A stretch of DNA of 64,000 nucleotides from positions 1-64,000 of IMG/VR virus record IMGVR_UViG_3300041411_000177. One strand, written 5' to 3'. Source of the stretch: a virus (lineage: Duplodnaviria > Caudoviricetes). Below, one piece after another: positions 28,680-37,961 of this stretch (its first letter is position 1; the number at the start of each line of letters is the position of its first letter). The notes below the pieces were generated by a model. That model did no database searches. It saw nothing but the letters and a program-made list of their open reading frames with translations, and had not been told where the DNA came from. Both the position numbers and the translations under genes were made by a program.

Positions 28680-29897
28680 TTAAAAGAAATTGCGGAAGAA
28701 TCCGCCTGTCGATCCACGCCCCGGATACCCCGGTATGCGCGTAAGCGCTGTATTCGAAACCCCAAGGATACCGAACGCACGACTTGAATCAATGAAACCA
28801 CCGCCCACACTACCATCGCCGCCCAATGCACCGGCACGGCCCAGCAGTTTTTTCAGCGGTTTTACTTGGCTTTCGATTTGCGCATCAATACGGCCCAATG
28901 CACTTTCGATTGCCGGAGTTCGGTCAACGTTTAAGCTGACAGTTTGTCCACCGAAATCAAACGCCAAACTACCCTCGGCCAAGTTCTGCGAACCCAGCGC
29001 GTAAATACAGGAACAGGTCAACCATGCATCGAGCAAAGGCCCTTGCATGTTGGTGCCTGTGAAGTTTGTGATATTCGGTTGCAGCCCGTTAAAGAAACTC
29101 AATCCACGACTGAGATATTCCATGATATCGGATTGCGTATATTCCAGTTCAGGAATGATGTTCGCAACCCGCGCACGGTTGATATAGTCCTCAAGCTGTC
29201 GGCTAGCCGTCAGGATTTGCGGAGTAATCGCCCACACTTTGTAAGTCATGGTGGTTTTAGCGATCTTACGGGCTGGGGTGTGATCCACAAGCATCGTTAG
29301 AGGGAACATTTGCGGACTACCCACGATTGCAGGCATGTCGATAACGGTGCGTTGCTTCTGACGTTCGACTTTAATTGCTTTGTCTTCAACGTCCCAATCT
29401 GCAAAAACTGTTTTGTTGTTGTAGTACAAAGAAACAGTCAGCAAATCGCCTTCTTTTCCTTTCTTCGCGGTAATGCCAGCAGCCAAGTCCGCTTTCTTCG
29501 CGGCGACCGGTGGTTTGTACGCAACAGGCACACTCAATTGCATGCGCGTGTCACGTCCGCAAATAATCACTACGTCAGATTCACGCCCAATGCTCGCCGG
29601 TTCAACCGTGATTTTAGAACGTGCCTGATATTGCCCGGTATCGCTTTCGAATGTCCAGCGCGCAACCAGTTCAACCGATTCGCGCAGGTTCATATTCGGG
29701 ATTGGTAGATCCGCGATCCAATGGCCGGGCATGCTTTGATACGGCTTTGCATAAACCTCTGCAATTACCGATTTGTCTACGTCGAATAATCGAACGAGCG
29801 GTGCCGGAGTATTTTCCGTGGGAATTACCGGATCGTCAAAGTCATCGAAAAACTCTTCGGTGATTGTGCAGGTTGAGCCTTCGTGAACGGTACTCAT
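28680..29897 (-). CDS. putative head-tail adaptor/neck protein
   Basis: 405 aa; C-terminal helical domain with FDFGGQTVSLNVDR; structural-gene context. Confidence 0.5.
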   Translation of the reverse strand: MSTVHEGSTCTITEEFFDDFDDPVIPTENTPAPLVRLFDVDKSVIAEVYAKPYQSMPGHWIADLPIPNMNLRESVELVARWTFESDTGQYQARSKITVEPASIGRESDVVIICGRDTRMQLSVPVAYKPPVAAKKADLAAGITAKKGKEGDLLTVSLYYNNKTVFADWDVEDKAIKVERQKQRTVIDMPAIVGSPQMFPLTMLVDHTPARKIAKTTMTYKVWAITPQILTASRQLEDYINRARVANIIPELEYTQSDIMEYLSRGLSFFNGLQPNITNFTGTNMQGPLLDAWLTCSCIYALGSQNLAEGSLAFDFGGQTVSLNVDRTPAIESALGRIDAQIESQVKPLKKLLGRAGALGGDGSVGGGFIDSSRAFGILGVSNTALTRIPGYPGRGSTGGFFRNFF

Positions 29898-30799
29898 TCC
29901 ACAACCCCTTGAGACAGTTTTACAACCAGCGTCTCAATATCTTGCAATGCGGATTCTTCCAAAGGCAGCAGCGCGGCTAGGCCAGCTTCCTCGGGTTCGA
30001 TTTGGTTTTGCACATAACGCAGAATGAATTCGCGGATTTGATCCTGCGCTTCACCTTCGTACTGTGCGTAATACTTACTGCGTCGGCGCATTGGCAAATT
30101 CGGTGCAATAAAGCGGACGTAATATTCGATGAATTTCGGCGTCCATTCTACGTGCAGCAAATCTGGCATTCGCTTCCAGAAATCCAGAACGTATTTCCAA
30201 TCCTCCATCGCCGTATAAAACATGGCGCGAGGAATATTCTGGTACAGGAGTTTTCCAGCAGTTGATTCAACACCACCCGTGTAACCGTTCATTTGCCGGA
30301 TAATCGCTTTCGTGTATCCGCCTGCAATGTCGTACAAAAACCGTTGATCACGTTCCATCATTTGCTGCATGCGCGCACGTGTCAGAATATGCAACGGTAT
30401 CGAAATGCTAATGAAATCTGCGGACTGATTATCAGCGGTTCCCCAAATGGCGGTGTAGCCACGCATCCACGTCGAATGCTTGACGGTTTTCACGTCAGCA
30501 TTATTCCGTAGCGTCCGGGCGAACGTGAACACTAGGCCAGTGCGCCGGACTTCCTGCGGGGGATAATCGACAAGCCCCACGCTCATGTTGTTGTACATCG
30601 ACCAGATGTTCACCAACGTAAACGAGGTTTTAAAGATGAACGCCATCGGCGTTTTCTTCAGTGATTCTTCGACATAATCGAGAACCATTTTAATGTCGAT
30701 CAAATAACGGTCGGTGTTGTAGGTGGTGATGTAGTTATCGCCGCCACGGGGCCAAGCCGAAAGACGAAAATCTAACGGCTTGGAAATGAAGTAGTGCAA
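29894..30799 (-). CDS. hypothetical (probably structural) protein
   Basis: 301-aa ORF in a late-motif operon. Confidence 0.55.
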   Translation of the reverse strand: MHYFISKPLDFRLSAWPRGGDNYITTYNTDRYLIDIKMVLDYVEESLKKTPMAFIFKTSFTLVNIWSMYNNMSVGLVDYPPQEVRRTGLVFTFARTLRNNADVKTVKHSTWMRGYTAIWGTADNQSADFISISIPLHILTRARMQQMMERDQRFLYDIAGGYTKAIIRQMNGYTGGVESTAGKLLYQNIPRAMFYTAMEDWKYVLDFWKRMPDLLHVEWTPKFIEYYVRFIAPNLPMRRRSKYYAQYEGEAQDQIREFILRYVQNQIEPEEAGLAALLPLEESALQDIETLVVKLSQGVVE

Positions 30800-31936
30800 T
30801 TACTTCAGCGTCAGGCTGTAGGAATGCACGTTCTGATCAATGCTACGCAGCGACCGAACGTAACCCTTTTTCAACAGCGCTTTAATCCCAGGAATGCTGT
30901 CGAAGATTCGGATAACCTGCGCCTGAATCTCACGATCATTGTCAGGGAATTCCAGAATAACTTCGTTGCCTTCCACGGTAACGCCGGACACACCTTCGAT
31001 TGCGGAAAGGCGTGTGGTGACTTCGGTCGCATCGAGGTCGAGGTCTGCTTTTGCAGCAAACATCACAACGTCATGGCGAGCGATTTCACGGTCGATATCT
31101 TTCGCGAAGTTCTTCGCAATTGCCGCCGTGTTTTCGCCTTTGATTTCGGTGCCGAGGTTGTACAGATACGGCAGCGCCACGCGATCCAGAATGTTCACGT
31201 AGGTGCGAATGGCGAATGCGCTTTCGGTTGGTTCGAGTCGTGCAGTAATCACGACGACCAGCGCTTTGTGGAAACCTTCGCTGAAATTGCGCCAGTGCGT
31301 TACGTCGCAGTTCAGTACGAAATCAATCGAGCCATCTTTCGAACCGATGTTGAGGTAGTAGGCAAGTTCGTCTTCCGCTTCGTCACCTTCAGCACGATTT
31401 TCAACGTGGGTTTTTTCCACACCGTCGAAATACTTCTGAATGCGTTTGAACAGGTCGCCCACTTCGTCAGGAATTGCGCTGTCGGACATTTCGGACATTG
31501 CGTGCAGCGCTTCGGCGTAGACTTCAGCCAGCGCGTTACGGTTTTTGATCATGTCTTTTACAAGCGCTTTCATGCCTGCGTTTTCGGTGGCACTGCACTT
31601 GTCGATAATGGCATCGAGTTCGTCAATGGAACCGCGCATTTCCAACGCATCGAGGTTCTTTTGCAGCTGGCGCGGGCCGGGCACCTTGACCTTTTGAACA
31701 GTCAGGCCGAAGCCAGTAGAACCTGCGCCTTTGCCGCCATCAGAACCGCCGCGCACTTCACGGACTTTAACCGATGATGCCGTGGCGACGTTCGAGCGAA
31801 AAGCCTTGCCGAAGAAAATACGCAACAGGCTGGTGAATTTCGACAGCAGACGGCGGTAGGAACTTTTCCGTTTGTTGTAGTATTTCGCAGCCTGTTCCGG
31901 CGTCATACGCTGGATGAAACTCAGGTCTTGGTTCAT
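30800..31936 (-). CDS. putative virion structural protein
   Basis: 378 aa in a late operon; N-terminal VATAS motif. Confidence 0.55.
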   Translation of the reverse strand: MNQDLSFIQRMTPEQAAKYYNKRKSSYRRLLSKFTSLLRIFFGKAFRSNVATASSVKVREVRGGSDGGKGAGSTGFGLTVQKVKVPGPRQLQKNLDALEMRGSIDELDAIIDKCSATENAGMKALVKDMIKNRNALAEVYAEALHAMSEMSDSAIPDEVGDLFKRIQKYFDGVEKTHVENRAEGDEAEDELAYYLNIGSKDGSIDFVLNCDVTHWRNFSEGFHKALVVVITARLEPTESAFAIRTYVNILDRVALPYLYNLGTEIKGENTAAIAKNFAKDIDREIARHDVVMFAAKADLDLDATEVTTRLSAIEGVSGVTVEGNEVILEFPDNDREIQAQVIRIFDSIPGIKALLKKGYVRSLRSIDQNVHSYSLTLK

Positions 31937-32935
31937 TTAGGATTCCATGATTGTGTTGAGTTTGTCTTTTTCTGTTTTGCCGACGTTCAGCAATTTCGTC
32001 AGCTTGTTCAGGGATCGCACATCGTAGATTTTCCGCTTACCTACGATAAAGGAAATCATGAAATTGTTTCCGTACTGCGACACGCGGTGGATGATATCAG
32101 TATTCGGCAAATCAACCGCACGCTTGAGGTACGGTAGAACCTGCGTCAGAAACTTATTGATATCTTCCGGCTTCACAAATGGTTTCAACACGACGTTTAA
32201 GCGGTCGTCGGTTACATCAACGCTTTTCACCAGTTTGGAAGCGAGCAATTTATCGTCTTTCGGCACCGGTTTGTCGATGTATTCGAAATCAGAAAGATTG
32301 CCCTTGATAAACGTCTGCACATCCTTTGCCGAATCAACGGCGGTTTCTTCGGACAATACAAACGGGGTATCTGGAATAGCGATACGGTACTGGCCGCCGT
32401 ACATTGTGAGCTTGACGGTGATAGGGCCAGAAACAAAACCGTTTTTATCCTGCACGCCATTGTCTGTCCGGAAACAAATCATTTGATAGCCCGGCAAACG
32501 AATATGCAGCTGCGTGGTGTGGCTGATCTTTGAAAGGAAACTATAAACAATTTCCGATAGGTAATTCAGATGCTTGTCCATTCGCGGGGAACAAACACTA
32601 TCAATCAAATCCATCAGTGTTTTCTGGAAGGCGCGAATGGTCTGTTGTTGCACGGCAATCATGTGGAAACAGCGATCACGTTTCGAATCGCTGAACTCTT
32701 GCGCAACCGAACGCGCACAACGGAGTTCCACTAATGAATCGACGCAGAATGTCAGAGCTTCCACACCATCGGATACTTTGAGGAATGACAGCTTCTTTTG
32801 GTTAAATTTCGAAACCAAAACGCTGGTAGCCGTGTTGATCCGGGTTAATACCGTTACGACTTCGTTAGCGTTTCGGGCATTTTTCAAATCAATGATATTT
32901 GGGTTATCATCAATGTATTTTGATTGTATTTGCAA
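31937..32935 (-). CDS. putative virion structural protein
   Basis: 332 aa; first gene after the ATAATTTAA motif. Confidence 0.55.
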   Translation of the reverse strand: MQIQSKYIDDNPNIIDLKNARNANEVVTVLTRINTATSVLVSKFNQKKLSFLKVSDGVEALTFCVDSLVELRCARSVAQEFSDSKRDRCFHMIAVQQQTIRAFQKTLMDLIDSVCSPRMDKHLNYLSEIVYSFLSKISHTTQLHIRLPGYQMICFRTDNGVQDKNGFVSGPITVKLTMYGGQYRIAIPDTPFVLSEETAVDSAKDVQTFIKGNLSDFEYIDKPVPKDDKLLASKLVKSVDVTDDRLNVVLKPFVKPEDINKFLTQVLPYLKRAVDLPNTDIIHRVSQYGNNFMISFIVGKRKIYDVRSLNKLTKLLNVGKTEKDKLNTIMES

Positions 32936-32966
32936 TGCACGTACACCCGAATGTGTGGATATACAA

Positions 32967-32975
32967 TTAAATTAT
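32967..32975 (-). promoter_or_regulatory. putative late promoter ATAATTTAA
   Basis: About 32 nt upstream of the 32935 start. Confidence 0.55.
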
Positions 32976-32986
32976 GGTCTAGATAG

Positions 32987-33028
32987 CAAAAAACCCGCCA
33001 CTCCTTTTACAGAGAGACGGGTTTTTTG
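32987..33028. terminator. intrinsic terminator (symmetric A/T tracts)
   Basis: CAAAAAACCCG...CGGGTTTTTTG inverted repeat just downstream of the H1-like gene. Confidence 0.8.
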
Positions 33029-33053
33029 TTTGAATCAAACTACGAATCGCTTA

Positions 33054-34454
33054 TTAGGCGAAACGAGCTTTTGGTACTGCGCCACCGGTTTTCTTGGCCG
33101 GTTTAGCAGCGGCGGCTTTGGCGCTAGGCGCTTTAGCTGCTGGTTTTTTCGCGGCTGCTTTAGCTGCTGGTTTTTTGGCAGCCGGTTTAGCGGCGGCTTT
33201 CTTTTCAGCGGCTTTTGCAGGTGCGGCTTCAGCTTTTGCCTTTGCAGGGCGACCGCGTTTCTTCGGTGCTACTGCTGGTGCAGCTTCGGCTTTCGCTTTA
33301 GCTGGACGACCACGTTTTTTCGGAGCATCAGCGGCTGGTGCGGCTGGTGCTTCTTTTTTCGCGGCGGCTTTTTTGCTTGGAGCTTTCTTCGCCGGAGCGG
33401 CTTCAGCTTTCGGCTTGTTTTTCACGCCAGCCGGACGACCGCGTTTTTTCGCTGGTGCTGCTTCAGCGGCTGCTTCTTTTGCTTTGGCAGGACGACCGCG
33501 CTTTTTCGGAGCGGTTGCAGCCGGTGCAGCTTCAGCAGGTTTTGCTTTTGCAGGACGACCGCGTTTCTTCGGAGCAGTGGCCGGGGCAGCTTCAGCGGCA
33601 GCAGGTTTTGCTTTAGCTGGACGACCACGTTTTTTCGGTGCAGGTGCTTCAGCGGCTGCTTCTTTCACCTTGGCCGGACGACCACGTTTCTTTGGAGCGG
33701 CAGCAGGGGCAGCGGCAGGCGCGGCAGCAGCTGGTGCTTTAGGTGCCTTTTTGGAAACACCACCGGCTGCTTTTTTGGCTGCTGGTTTTGCATTACCGAA
33801 ATGCTTGGCTGCGATGCGTGCAACACCTTCTTTTGCCGCTTTCGCGCCGATATCAACCAGACGTTTGCCTTGGGTGCTGATCGGTTTGGCTTTGAAGTTG
33901 CTGATCAGGGACTTCAGGGAGAATTTACCCTTTGGTTTGATTTTCGCCATGGCCTTTTTGTGGTTGGCAGCAGCTTTGGTACGCTCACCGGCGAGGTTCT
34001 TACGCTCGTTGGCGTAGCGGCTTTTTTCTGCTTGACGCATCGCGGCGCGTTTGGCTGGCGGCACTTTTGCAGAACGAATCTTGCTCAGTGCTTTCTGGTG
34101 CGATGCTTGCAGACCCAGCGATTTTTTCCGGATTTGTTCACGGATTTGACGCTGTGCAGCAGTCACTTCGCGCTTCTGACCAGCAGCGTGCGAACCGGCT
34201 TGGCGATGCTTGCGGCGTTTTTTCCACGCCATTACCACTTTCTTCGCTTCGGCTTCAGTTGCACCGTGGCGCATGGCCTTGGTGAAAATCTGGCGAGCGT
34301 GGAACTTCAGCTTTTCAGCCGGAGTCATGGTTTTGTAACGCTGCTTAGCAGCCTTGTTCAGCTTGTGTTTGTTCTTCCGGCGATAGACCTTGCTTTCTTT
34401 CCGAGCTTTCAAAGCCTCGGGGCCTTTCGCCTTCTGGACGGTTTTCATGACCAT
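33054..34454 (-). CDS. histone H1-like, AT-hook repeat DNA-binding protein
   Basis: 466 aa, extremely K/A/P/R-rich; seven (P/A)KKRGRPA repeats; AAKKPAAK tail. Confidence 0.8.
   Translation of the reverse strand: MVMKTVQKAKGPEALKARKESKVYRRKNKHKLNKAAKQRYKTMTPAEKLKFHARQIFTKAMRHGATEAEAKKVVMAWKKRRKHRQAGSHAAGQKREVTAAQRQIREQIRKKSLGLQASHQKALSKIRSAKVPPAKRAAMRQAEKSRYANERKNLAGERTKAAANHKKAMAKIKPKGKFSLKSLISNFKAKPISTQGKRLVDIGAKAAKEGVARIAAKHFGNAKPAAKKAAGGVSKKAPKAPAAAAPAAAPAAAPKKRGRPAKVKEAAAEAPAPKKRGRPAKAKPAAAEAAPATAPKKRGRPAKAKPAEAAPAATAPKKRGRPAKAKEAAAEAAPAKKRGRPAGVKNKPKAEAAPAKKAPSKKAAAKKEAPAAPAADAPKKRGRPAKAKAEAAPAVAPKKRGRPAKAKAEAAPAKAAEKKAAAKPAAKKPAAKAAAKKPAAKAPSAKAAAAKPAKKTGGAVPKARFA
33240..33700 (-). repeat. 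coding tandem repeat: seven KKRGRPA units with Ala/Pro/Glu spacers
   Basis: Degenerate GGACGACC(A/G)CG(T/C)TT repeats visible on the plus strand. Confidence 0.85.
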
Positions 34455-34566
34455 CGTAGGAATCCTCGATTAAGATGTGTGTAGTTGGCTTAATCGTAGC
34501 GCCACGATGCGTACCAACTAAGAATAAATTAGTATTATCGGAATTAATTAAAAATTCCGGTACACG

Positions 34567-35616
34567 TCAGGAGAACCCAAGGGCATTTTTGGCTGCCTTT
34601 ACCTCTTTCATCGTCCATTTGATTTCTTTTAAATCCAAACCTTCTGCACCGAGAAATGCTTCCAATCCGAATTCAGGGTCAATATCCGCCCGTTCGATTT
34701 TAATTGTTTCTATTTCCGAATTATCAATGGCTTTACCGCCAGTCCAGTGAATGCCCCCGGTAATGTTCGGGTATTGCAGCATTAGGTCGGCAGGCATTGG
34801 CACTTCAGGATCGAAATGCAGCTTATAACGGATATTCGAATCGTGCTTCAGTTTCTTCAGGTCATTGAGGTCATTAATTGCGAGATTAATCAGGGTAAAT
34901 CCCGGTTTATTCTCGACGAATTTATGTTCCACTTCGACCTTATCCCCAACCAATGAGACACGTGCATGCACGAACCCTTTAGGCAGAGCTTCACCGAAAT
35001 TCTTTTGAAACGGATTACCGCAATAAACCGCCCGCTTCGCTTTCATGTATTGGTATTGATGTATATGTCCGCTGATCGTGAAATCGTTTTTATGCGAAAC
35101 CAATTCATGCTTTGTTTTCAGCGTGCGCCCGTTGTCACCGATTGCCCCAGTATATTCCACGTGAGCAACGTTCAACGCACCCTGTTTCTTCGACAGGGTT
35201 TTCAGGCACGGGTAAGGCAGCAGATTGACCGGCACACCTTCGATTTCAATGCGCTCTGCTTTCAATACGATTTTGAGGTTTTTGAATGCGCGAGTCTTGC
35301 TCAGACGATACATGAAATTCATCGACATTTTCTCGACGTTTTCAAAGTCGTGATTGCCCGCCACGTAAATGATGGTCAGCAGCTTGTCGTATTTGTAGAA
35401 CAGATTAAATAGTTTGGTGTAGGTATCGAATGGCAGATCCGGATTATCGGTAATGTCGCCCGGAATAATCAGGTATTTAATACCGTTATTCAAAGCGTAC
35501 TGCATGATCTTTTCACCCTCGGCCAGAATGCGATCATCGCCATCCGAGAAATGTTTATTCAGGCCGGTCAGGTGCCAGTCGCTGGTGAATACCGCATCGA
35601 ACGAAGGATTTGCCAC
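34567..35616 (-). CDS. sbcD: SbcD/Mre11/gp47-like metallophosphoesterase nuclease
   Basis: SDWH, GDITD, GNHD and GHIH motifs. Confidence 0.9.
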   Translation of the reverse strand: MANPSFDAVFTSDWHLTGLNKHFSDGDDRILAEGEKIMQYALNNGIKYLIIPGDITDNPDLPFDTYTKLFNLFYKYDKLLTIIYVAGNHDFENVEKMSMNFMYRLSKTRAFKNLKIVLKAERIEIEGVPVNLLPYPCLKTLSKKQGALNVAHVEYTGAIGDNGRTLKTKHELVSHKNDFTISGHIHQYQYMKAKRAVYCGNPFQKNFGEALPKGFVHARVSLVGDKVEVEHKFVENKPGFTLINLAINDLNDLKKLKHDSNIRYKLHFDPEVPMPADLMLQYPNITGGIHWTGGKAIDNSEIETIKIERADIDPEFGLEAFLGAEGLDLKEIKWTMKEVKAAKNALGFS

Positions 35617-35625
35617 GGGTTATTC

Positions 35626-35931
35626 CTATTTACGTTTCCACGACAGGTCTAATTCGTATCCGAGTTTGGCAGCAATCCCGATTAACACATCGAGGTCAGC
35701 CTCTGCCAATTTATCGCATTCATCTTCGGGAACAGAGTCGTGAAAATATGGAGTGAGTTCGCGATTTAATGGGCCGCCCATACGCAGGTACTGGCCTTGC
35801 ACAAACAATTTGATTCGTGCGCGTTTTTTGTGGTGCGGAATGCCCTTGAGCATGGGCCGTGCCTGCCGCTCTAATTCGTTGAGAATAATAGCGCACAGTT
35901 CGCGTCTCATCTTATTTACAGTATGGTGCAT
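35626..35931 (-). CDS. hypothetical protein
   Basis: 101-aa ORF; alternative start 35910. Confidence 0.55.
   Translation of the reverse strand: MHHTVNKMRRELCAIILNELERQARPMLKGIPHHKKRARIKLFVQGQYLRMGGPLNRELTPYFHDSVPEDECDKLAEADLDVLIGIAAKLGYELDLSWKRK
35913..35921 (-). promoter_or_regulatory. CTGTAAATA promoter motif
   Basis: Exact motif upstream of the sbcD-like transcription unit. Confidence 0.5.
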
Positions 35932-35937
35932 GGCGGC

Positions 35938-36327
35938 TTAATCCAGTTTGACCGTGAATTGAATACGCCGGGCGGGCATGCTGTACAATTCCAATTCCGT
36001 ATACAGCACACCGATTTCACGGCGACCGATTTTGTGAGCCTTACGGCGACCGCTGATAATCTTGTCGAAAATGCGATTGCCTGTCGCATCGTTGAGGCGC
36101 ACAACACATTGATTTTTAATATCGTGAATCGTATAGGACGCAACCTGTGCAGTGTGGTGATCATACACGCCGCGACTCGATTTGATTTCGTCGAGATATT
36201 TATCAAGGCGCATACCCAAATCCTCACTGGTCAGCTTGGAATTCAGATTGTGGCCCACAAGTTCGGTCAGTTGTTCCTGAATGTGTTTCAGCAGATGGTG
36301 GGCATTGATATTGTCGAGGGGAGTCAT
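35938..36327 (-). CDS. stand-alone tail-sheath C-terminal-domain paralog
   Basis: NINAHHLL..I / LDKYLDEIKSSRGVYD / PARRIQFTV align with sheath NVNVRRLV..I / VDAEAASVKRGRGLYE / PASRASLTA; start ATG 36327 is coupled to the LysM gene. Confidence 0.65.
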   Translation of the reverse strand: MTPLDNINAHHLLKHIQEQLTELVGHNLNSKLTSEDLGMRLDKYLDEIKSSRGVYDHHTAQVASYTIHDIKNQCVVRLNDATGNRIFDKIISGRRKAHKIGRREIGVLYTELELYSMPARRIQFTVKLD

Positions 36328-36641
36328 GAGCGCTCCTTGTGGCGCAGACGCAGGCAAGAACCGAAGTAAATGATTTTCGGATCGGCAATGTTGTTGATGA
36401 ACGCCAGCCGGTCAACTTCCACACCGAAACGCGGCGCAATTTCTGCTAGCGTGTCGTTGGTTTTGATGTGGTAAATATTGAAGTCGTCACCGAGCTTGCG
36501 TTCGTACTGGATATCGTCGAAGCATTCTTGCGGCGGGGTATACACGCAGCGCTTACGGAACATGTGGTGATCCAGCGGGTTCAGCTGTTCAGCCAGCATT
36601 TCGATTAGTTCTTCGCGATCCATTTCAACAACTGCATTCAT
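36324..36641 (-). CDS. LysM domain protein
   Basis: YHIKTNDTLAEIAPRFGVEVDRLAFINNIADPKIIYFGSCLRL. Confidence 0.88.
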   Translation of the reverse strand: MNAVVEMDREELIEMLAEQLNPLDHHMFRKRCVYTPPQECFDDIQYERKLGDDFNIYHIKTNDTLAEIAPRFGVEVDRLAFINNIADPKIIYFGSCLRLRHKERS

Positions 36642-36991
36642 TCCGAAACCTCTGCGATTTTATGAACGTCTTCCCAATCCACACACGGGGGATTTTCCGG
36701 ATCGAATTCGTACAGGCCTTCGTGTCCTTCGATGCTGGAAATGGTGATCGTGCGATTACCGCCGCGACTGCCGGCTTCCCAAACTTCGCAAAAGAAAAAC
36801 GTAGTCAAAACGTCTTCCAAAGTCGGGAAGCGATCTTTGATTTCTTCCCAGCTTTCACCTTCGATCATTTCCGTGACAAATACCCACGCTGAATCCTCAT
36901 CCGCGCGCAGTACGCAATGGATTGGCTCAGAGCCACGGATTCGCACTTCCTCGAACGACAGTTTCAGTTTCAGTGTTTCGTGCATTGGCAT
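36638..36991 (-). CDS. hypothetical protein
   Basis: 117-aa ORF with coupled overlap. Confidence 0.6.
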   Translation of the reverse strand: MPMHETLKLKLSFEEVRIRGSEPIHCVLRADEDSAWVFVTEMIEGESWEEIKDRFPTLEDVLTTFFFCEVWEAGSRGGNRTITISSIEGHEGLYEFDPENPPCVDWEDVHKIAEVSE

Positions 36992-37223
36992 TTGGTTTTT
37001 CTCGTTTGATTAATTCCATTCCCTTTTCAGTAATCCAGCCACTGTCAAGGCTTACACCGCATTCGATCAGTCCGTGATCGTAAGCACGTTCCATCGCACG
37101 CCAACAAACCTTTTCGGGTTCGCCTGTCGTTTGCTTCAGAAAAGCTAGCGGACGTATTCCTAATTCCCGTCCCCAATTATAGGCATCTACTACCATACGA
37201 TCGGTCACGTCTTTGCGGGCCAT
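36927..37223 (-). CDS. small winged-helix-like protein
   Basis: Likely start ATG 37223; RAMERAYDHGLIECG...WITEKG pattern. Confidence 0.5.
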   Translation of the reverse strand: MARKDVTDRMVVDAYNWGRELGIRPLAFLKQTTGEPEKVCWRAMERAYDHGLIECGVSLDSGWITEKGMELIKREKPNANARNTETETVVRGSANPWL

Positions 37224-37224
37224 T

Positions 37225-37566
37225 TTATTCCCCGGTATTTGGTTTCCAAAGTTTCGCATATTTCAAAACATTCGGTACGTTGTCGCTGTAAACGGGCATC
37301 ACCACAAGGCAAGAAGGTTCCCCGTTACAGATTGTGTTTTCGTGGCCTTGGTGGCAGGCCAGAGTCCCACGGATTTTGTCGAACTCACGACGATTCACGC
37401 GCAGGGTTACTTTGCGGAAAGAGTTGTGCAGCCAGTCGTGATAAATGCCGTTCGTTTCAAACTTTTGATGCGCAGTCAGGATGGAATGCGCGACCAGTGT
37501 AGGCACCATGTAATCAGGTGCTTCGTCGAGAACGGCGATGTACATTTTGCTGTAGAGGTCGATCAT
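37225..37566 (-). CDS. peptidyl-tRNA hydrolase type 2 (Pth2)-like protein
   Basis: KMYIAV...VAHS...WL...FRKVTLRV...CLVVMP...LKYAKLW follows the Pth2 secondary-structure pattern. Confidence 0.6.
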   Translation of the reverse strand: MIDLYSKMYIAVLDEAPDYMVPTLVAHSILTAHQKFETNGIYHDWLHNSFRKVTLRVNRREFDKIRGTLACHQGHENTICNGEPSCLVVMPVYSDNVPNVLKYAKLWKPNTGE

Positions 37567-37961
37567 TTTTCCATCACTTCCATCATCAGGCGATCAACGC
37601 TCAGGCCGATACGCTTACACATACCGGTCAACTGGTCGCGGCTCAGGCGATCAATGCGGCCCTGCAAAATATCGTCGAGGCGATTATTGGTAATGTTCAG
37701 GTGTTGGCAAATCGTTTCCGGATTTTGACCGAGACGTTTGATTTCACGACCGAGGGCGCGAAGCAGGTACGAACGAATACGCATGGCGAGTGATTCTTCC
37801 GGGTTGTCGCAAATCGCATCCCACACACTTTCGAAACATTGGCGGCGGGTTTCTTCGGCCACGGGCGACACTACAATATCCAGCGCCAGATTGTTTTCTT
37901 CGACCATTTGCGGAGGGTTATTCGTTTCGTCGCAAATGGTAATCCATTCGTGCCTTTTCAT
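37563..37961 (-). CDS. XRE/HigA-like helix-turn-helix protein
   Basis: ETICQHLNITNNRLDDILQGRIDRLSRDQLTGMCKRIG. Confidence 0.7.
   Translation of the reverse strand: MKRHEWITICDETNNPPQMVEENNLALDIVVSPVAEETRRQCFESVWDAICDNPEESLAMRIRSYLLRALGREIKRLGQNPETICQHLNITNNRLDDILQGRIDRLSRDQLTGMCKRIGLSVDRLMMEVMEK

Noticed and set aside
33240-33700. Regularly spaced DNA repeats resembling a CRISPR array
   Set aside because: In-frame coding repeats of KKRGRPA with synonymous variation and Ala/Pro spacers
36927-36991. 65-nt overlap of two ORFs suggesting a frameshift
   Set aside because: Could simply be a lost stop codon giving a short extension; no slippery site and no further support
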